This document shows, piece after piece, positions 61,319-64,000 of a DNA stretch of 64,000 bases. The notes under the pieces are model-generated. The model had not been told where the DNA came from, searched no databases, and saw nothing but the letters and a program-made list of their open reading frames with translations. This DNA is from Protoeuglena noctilucae (lineage: Eukaryota). Positions within the stretch are counted from its first letter, which is position 1. Each line of letters begins with the position of its first letter. The DNA lies in the NCBI GenBank assembly GCA_958009085.1, contig OY253669.1, positions 620,001-684,000 of the forward strand, read 5' to 3'. Made by a program: the position numbers and the translations under genes.

Positions 61319-63766
61319 ATGGTCGAGAGGGTACTAGGCGTTCGAGCCCATGGAGCGCCCGGGCGAGCGCTCTATGCTTGCCGGCGTGCTCAGCCGGCCT
61401 GGGTGCGTGGGGCCCTCACACCCCGCCTCAGTGCAGCGAGGAGCGCGGCGCGCGAGGCGGCGACCGAGACGGATAGTCAGGTCTCTGGAAGAGAAACAAG
61501 CGACTTTGGGCACCCTATGACAGCTGAGGACTTCCGGAGGCACGTGGCACGCCCACGGCCGCAACCTGGTGGTGTCGTTGCAGCCTGTCACGTGCCCCAG
61601 GGTAGCCTGCGCACGCAGGCGCGCGCACGAGGTGGTGGACTGGATCGCGGATTACTACGAGGGCCTCCCCACGCGCGAGCCCGTCCTGAGCCAGGTGTCT
61701 CCGGGATCCATCATGGCGCAGCTGCCCAGGGAATGCCCCGAGGAGGGAGAGGCATGGGATGCGGTTATGTCAGACCTGGACGCCATCATCATGCCAGGCG
61801 AGGCGACGGCAGAGAGGAGGTCTTATTCTTTACGCTGACGGCGTGAGGGCGTACGTGCCATCTGTCACCGCCCTCTGCCTCGCAGGGGTGACGCACTGGC
61901 AGCACCCCTCCTTCTTCGGGTACTTTCCCGCCACCTCCTCCTTCCCTGGCATGCTGGGCGACATGCTCTCGGGCGCATTGAACGTCATCGGTTTCAATTG
62001 GCTTGCGTCCCCGGCAGCGACGGAGCTCGAGCAATCGGTCCTCGACTGGCTAGCGCAACTCATCGGACTCCCCGACGCCTTCCTCAGCCGGTCTGGCAAG
62101 GGCGGGGGCGTCATCCAGGGCACGGCATCAGAGGCGGCACTGGTGGCACTTCTGGCGGCCCGGGCACGCATCACGGGGGCGCCTCCCGCCAGTCCGGGCG
62201 CCCAGGCCGACGCAGGTGCGTGGCGACATGCGCGTGTGTGGCGAGTGAAATGTCCTTGTGGTTAGTTAGTGTTCTGTACGCAGTGGCCGGCCAGAAGCTC
62301 AGTGCTAAATTCTCTGCTGCAGGGTCTCCCGGTGACGAGTGGCGTCTCGTGGCCTACGCCAGCGACCAGGCCCACTCGTGCGTGCGCAAGGCGTGCATGG
62401 TCGCCGGGGTGCGCCACTTCCGTGCCGTGCACACGAGGGCAGAGGACCACCACTGCATGAGGTGAGGCCCCGGCTAAGGGCGGCGCATGTGCATGGTGAT
62501 GGAAGGCACGCAGGTGACACGATCGCATGGTGGCAAGCCACAGCAGCAGCGCTCTGCACCCACCGTTGCCTGCCTTGTATCCATGGGACCCATAGGTCTT
62601 GTGCCACGTGCTCCCTGCAGGGCAGATGACCTCGCGGCGGCCGTGAAGGAGGACCTGGAGCGGGGCCTGATCCCTGCGTTTGTTTGTGCATCACTGGGTA
62701 CCACGAGCAGCGCTGCCGTGGACGACATTGCGGGGCTGGCACGCGTGGCGCAGGTGAGGCTGGGAGAGACTCGGCATCGCGATTGCAACACTCTGGTGCC
62801 CGTTGGCTGACCATCTGACATCCCACCCCGGTCTATGACCTCCCCAGGAGCATGGGATGTGGCTGCATGTGGACGCTGCCTATGCCGGGGCTGCCATGGT
62901 GCTGCCGGAGATGCGGCACCATATGAAGGGGGTGGAGCTCGCCGACAGCTTCGATTTCAACCCGCACAAATGGCTGCTGACCAACTTCGACTGCTCGGCG
63001 CTCTTCGTGCGGGACGCGCAGCCGCTGGTCCGGGCCCTGACCCTCACCCCGGCCTTCCTGCAGAACGGGTGAAGCAGAAGATGCACACGTGGGGCCCATG
63101 GATTGCACATGGTCGTGGTGCAGTTGCCCGTGCATTGCACCACCGCTGTGAGCACCGTGCGGTGCTCTGGGCATGCATGGGCGCACTGCGGGTGTCCCCA
63201 ACTGCAACAACAGCGTCTCTGTCAATCTCCGCCCCAGTGCCACCGAGTCGGGTCTTGTGGTCGACTACAAGGACTGGCAGGTGCCTCTGGGCCGGCGCTT
63301 CCGGGCACTCAAGCTCTGGGCCGTCCTCCGGACGTACGGGGCGCGAGGCCTGCGCGACTTCATCCGAAGCCACGTGTCGCTGGCTCGCGAGTTCGAGTCA
63401 TGGGTGCAGGCCGATGCCCGATTCGAGGTCGCCGCCCCTGTCCACTTCTCCCTCGTGTGCTTCAGGTGAGGGCGGCAAAGGCAGAGGCGGTCACGCAAGG
63501 GCAGGGGCAAGAGCGCTTCTGCACGTGCACATGTCATGGCAGCAGCATCTGTGCCCATCTGTGCCCATCCCAGGCTGGTGGGGGCTGGTGACGACGCGAA
63601 CAGTCAGCTCCTGGACCGCATCAACGCCACGGGGAAGATGTACCTGACGCACACGGTACTGAACGGCAAGTACACGCTGCGCATGGCGATTGGCGGCAGC
63701 GCGACGCGGCGGGAGGACGTCGTGGCTGCTTGGGACTGCATCCGCAGCCAGGTCCCCAGCTCCTGA
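61319..63766 (+). CDS. Group II PLP-dependent aromatic amino-acid decarboxylase family member (predicted aldehyde synthase type)
   Basis: [77 protein letters not shown] lysine motif [14 protein letters not shown] and [19 protein letters not shown]. Confidence 0.93.
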
Positions 63767-64000
63767 CGGTATCTATGACCGTGAACTGGGAGCATCTCAG
63801 TGATAGTGTTGTCTCGTCTCACTGTCCGGACGACCTTTCGCGACTATTTTGGATCCGCCCGAGCCGTGGGCGTCGTTTTTCAGCGCAACACAGCGTGAGG
63901 CTGACTGTTCCGAGCGTGTGGGGCGTCCCCTAACCCAGCACACATGCCGCACGGTGGCGAGACCGCCCCGGCGCATTCCTCTCGAGCATTCGCACAGCAT

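Overview
Gene-dense, very GC-rich eukaryotic nuclear DNA, most likely from a flagellated green alga. The evidence is plastid transit peptides, a CCT motif, CruP, an ABCI11-like ATPase and a PYG-repeat axonemal protein. The six-frame ORF track is misleading because nearly all genes are split by short (~80-200 bp) spliceosomal introns. By hand-splicing I reconstructed about 26 protein genes: ankyrin protein, FAP129-like microtubule inner protein, subtilisin, CK2 beta, bacterial-type GlpX FBPase, membrane-anchored CGYS glutaredoxin, CCT-motif protein, SmpB, STT3, a secreted mucin-like protein with a 39-bp coding minisatellite, a tRNA-binding OB-fold protein, GGPP synthase, HAD-IIA phosphatase, queuine tRNA-ribosyltransferase, a thylakoid-lumen protein, a class III nucleotidyl cyclase, PhzF, two long coiled-coil proteins, CruP, an ABC ATPase, a group II PLP decarboxylase and several orphans. 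Most notable: (1) about 27 introns need non-canonical GC 5' splice donors, roughly a fifth to a quarter by my hand count; (2) an intron-containing, organelle-targeted SmpB implying organellar trans-translation; (3) the decarboxylase has the Tyr-to-Phe loop change that defines aromatic aldehyde synthases; (4) the cyclase has an atypical Gln/Thr nucleotide-specificity pair; (5) an intronated bacterial-type GlpX; (6) extremely short intergenic gaps. All gene models are manual inferences with no RNA-seq or database searches, so 5' ends are approximate. I found no rRNA, tRNA, CRISPR or transposase.
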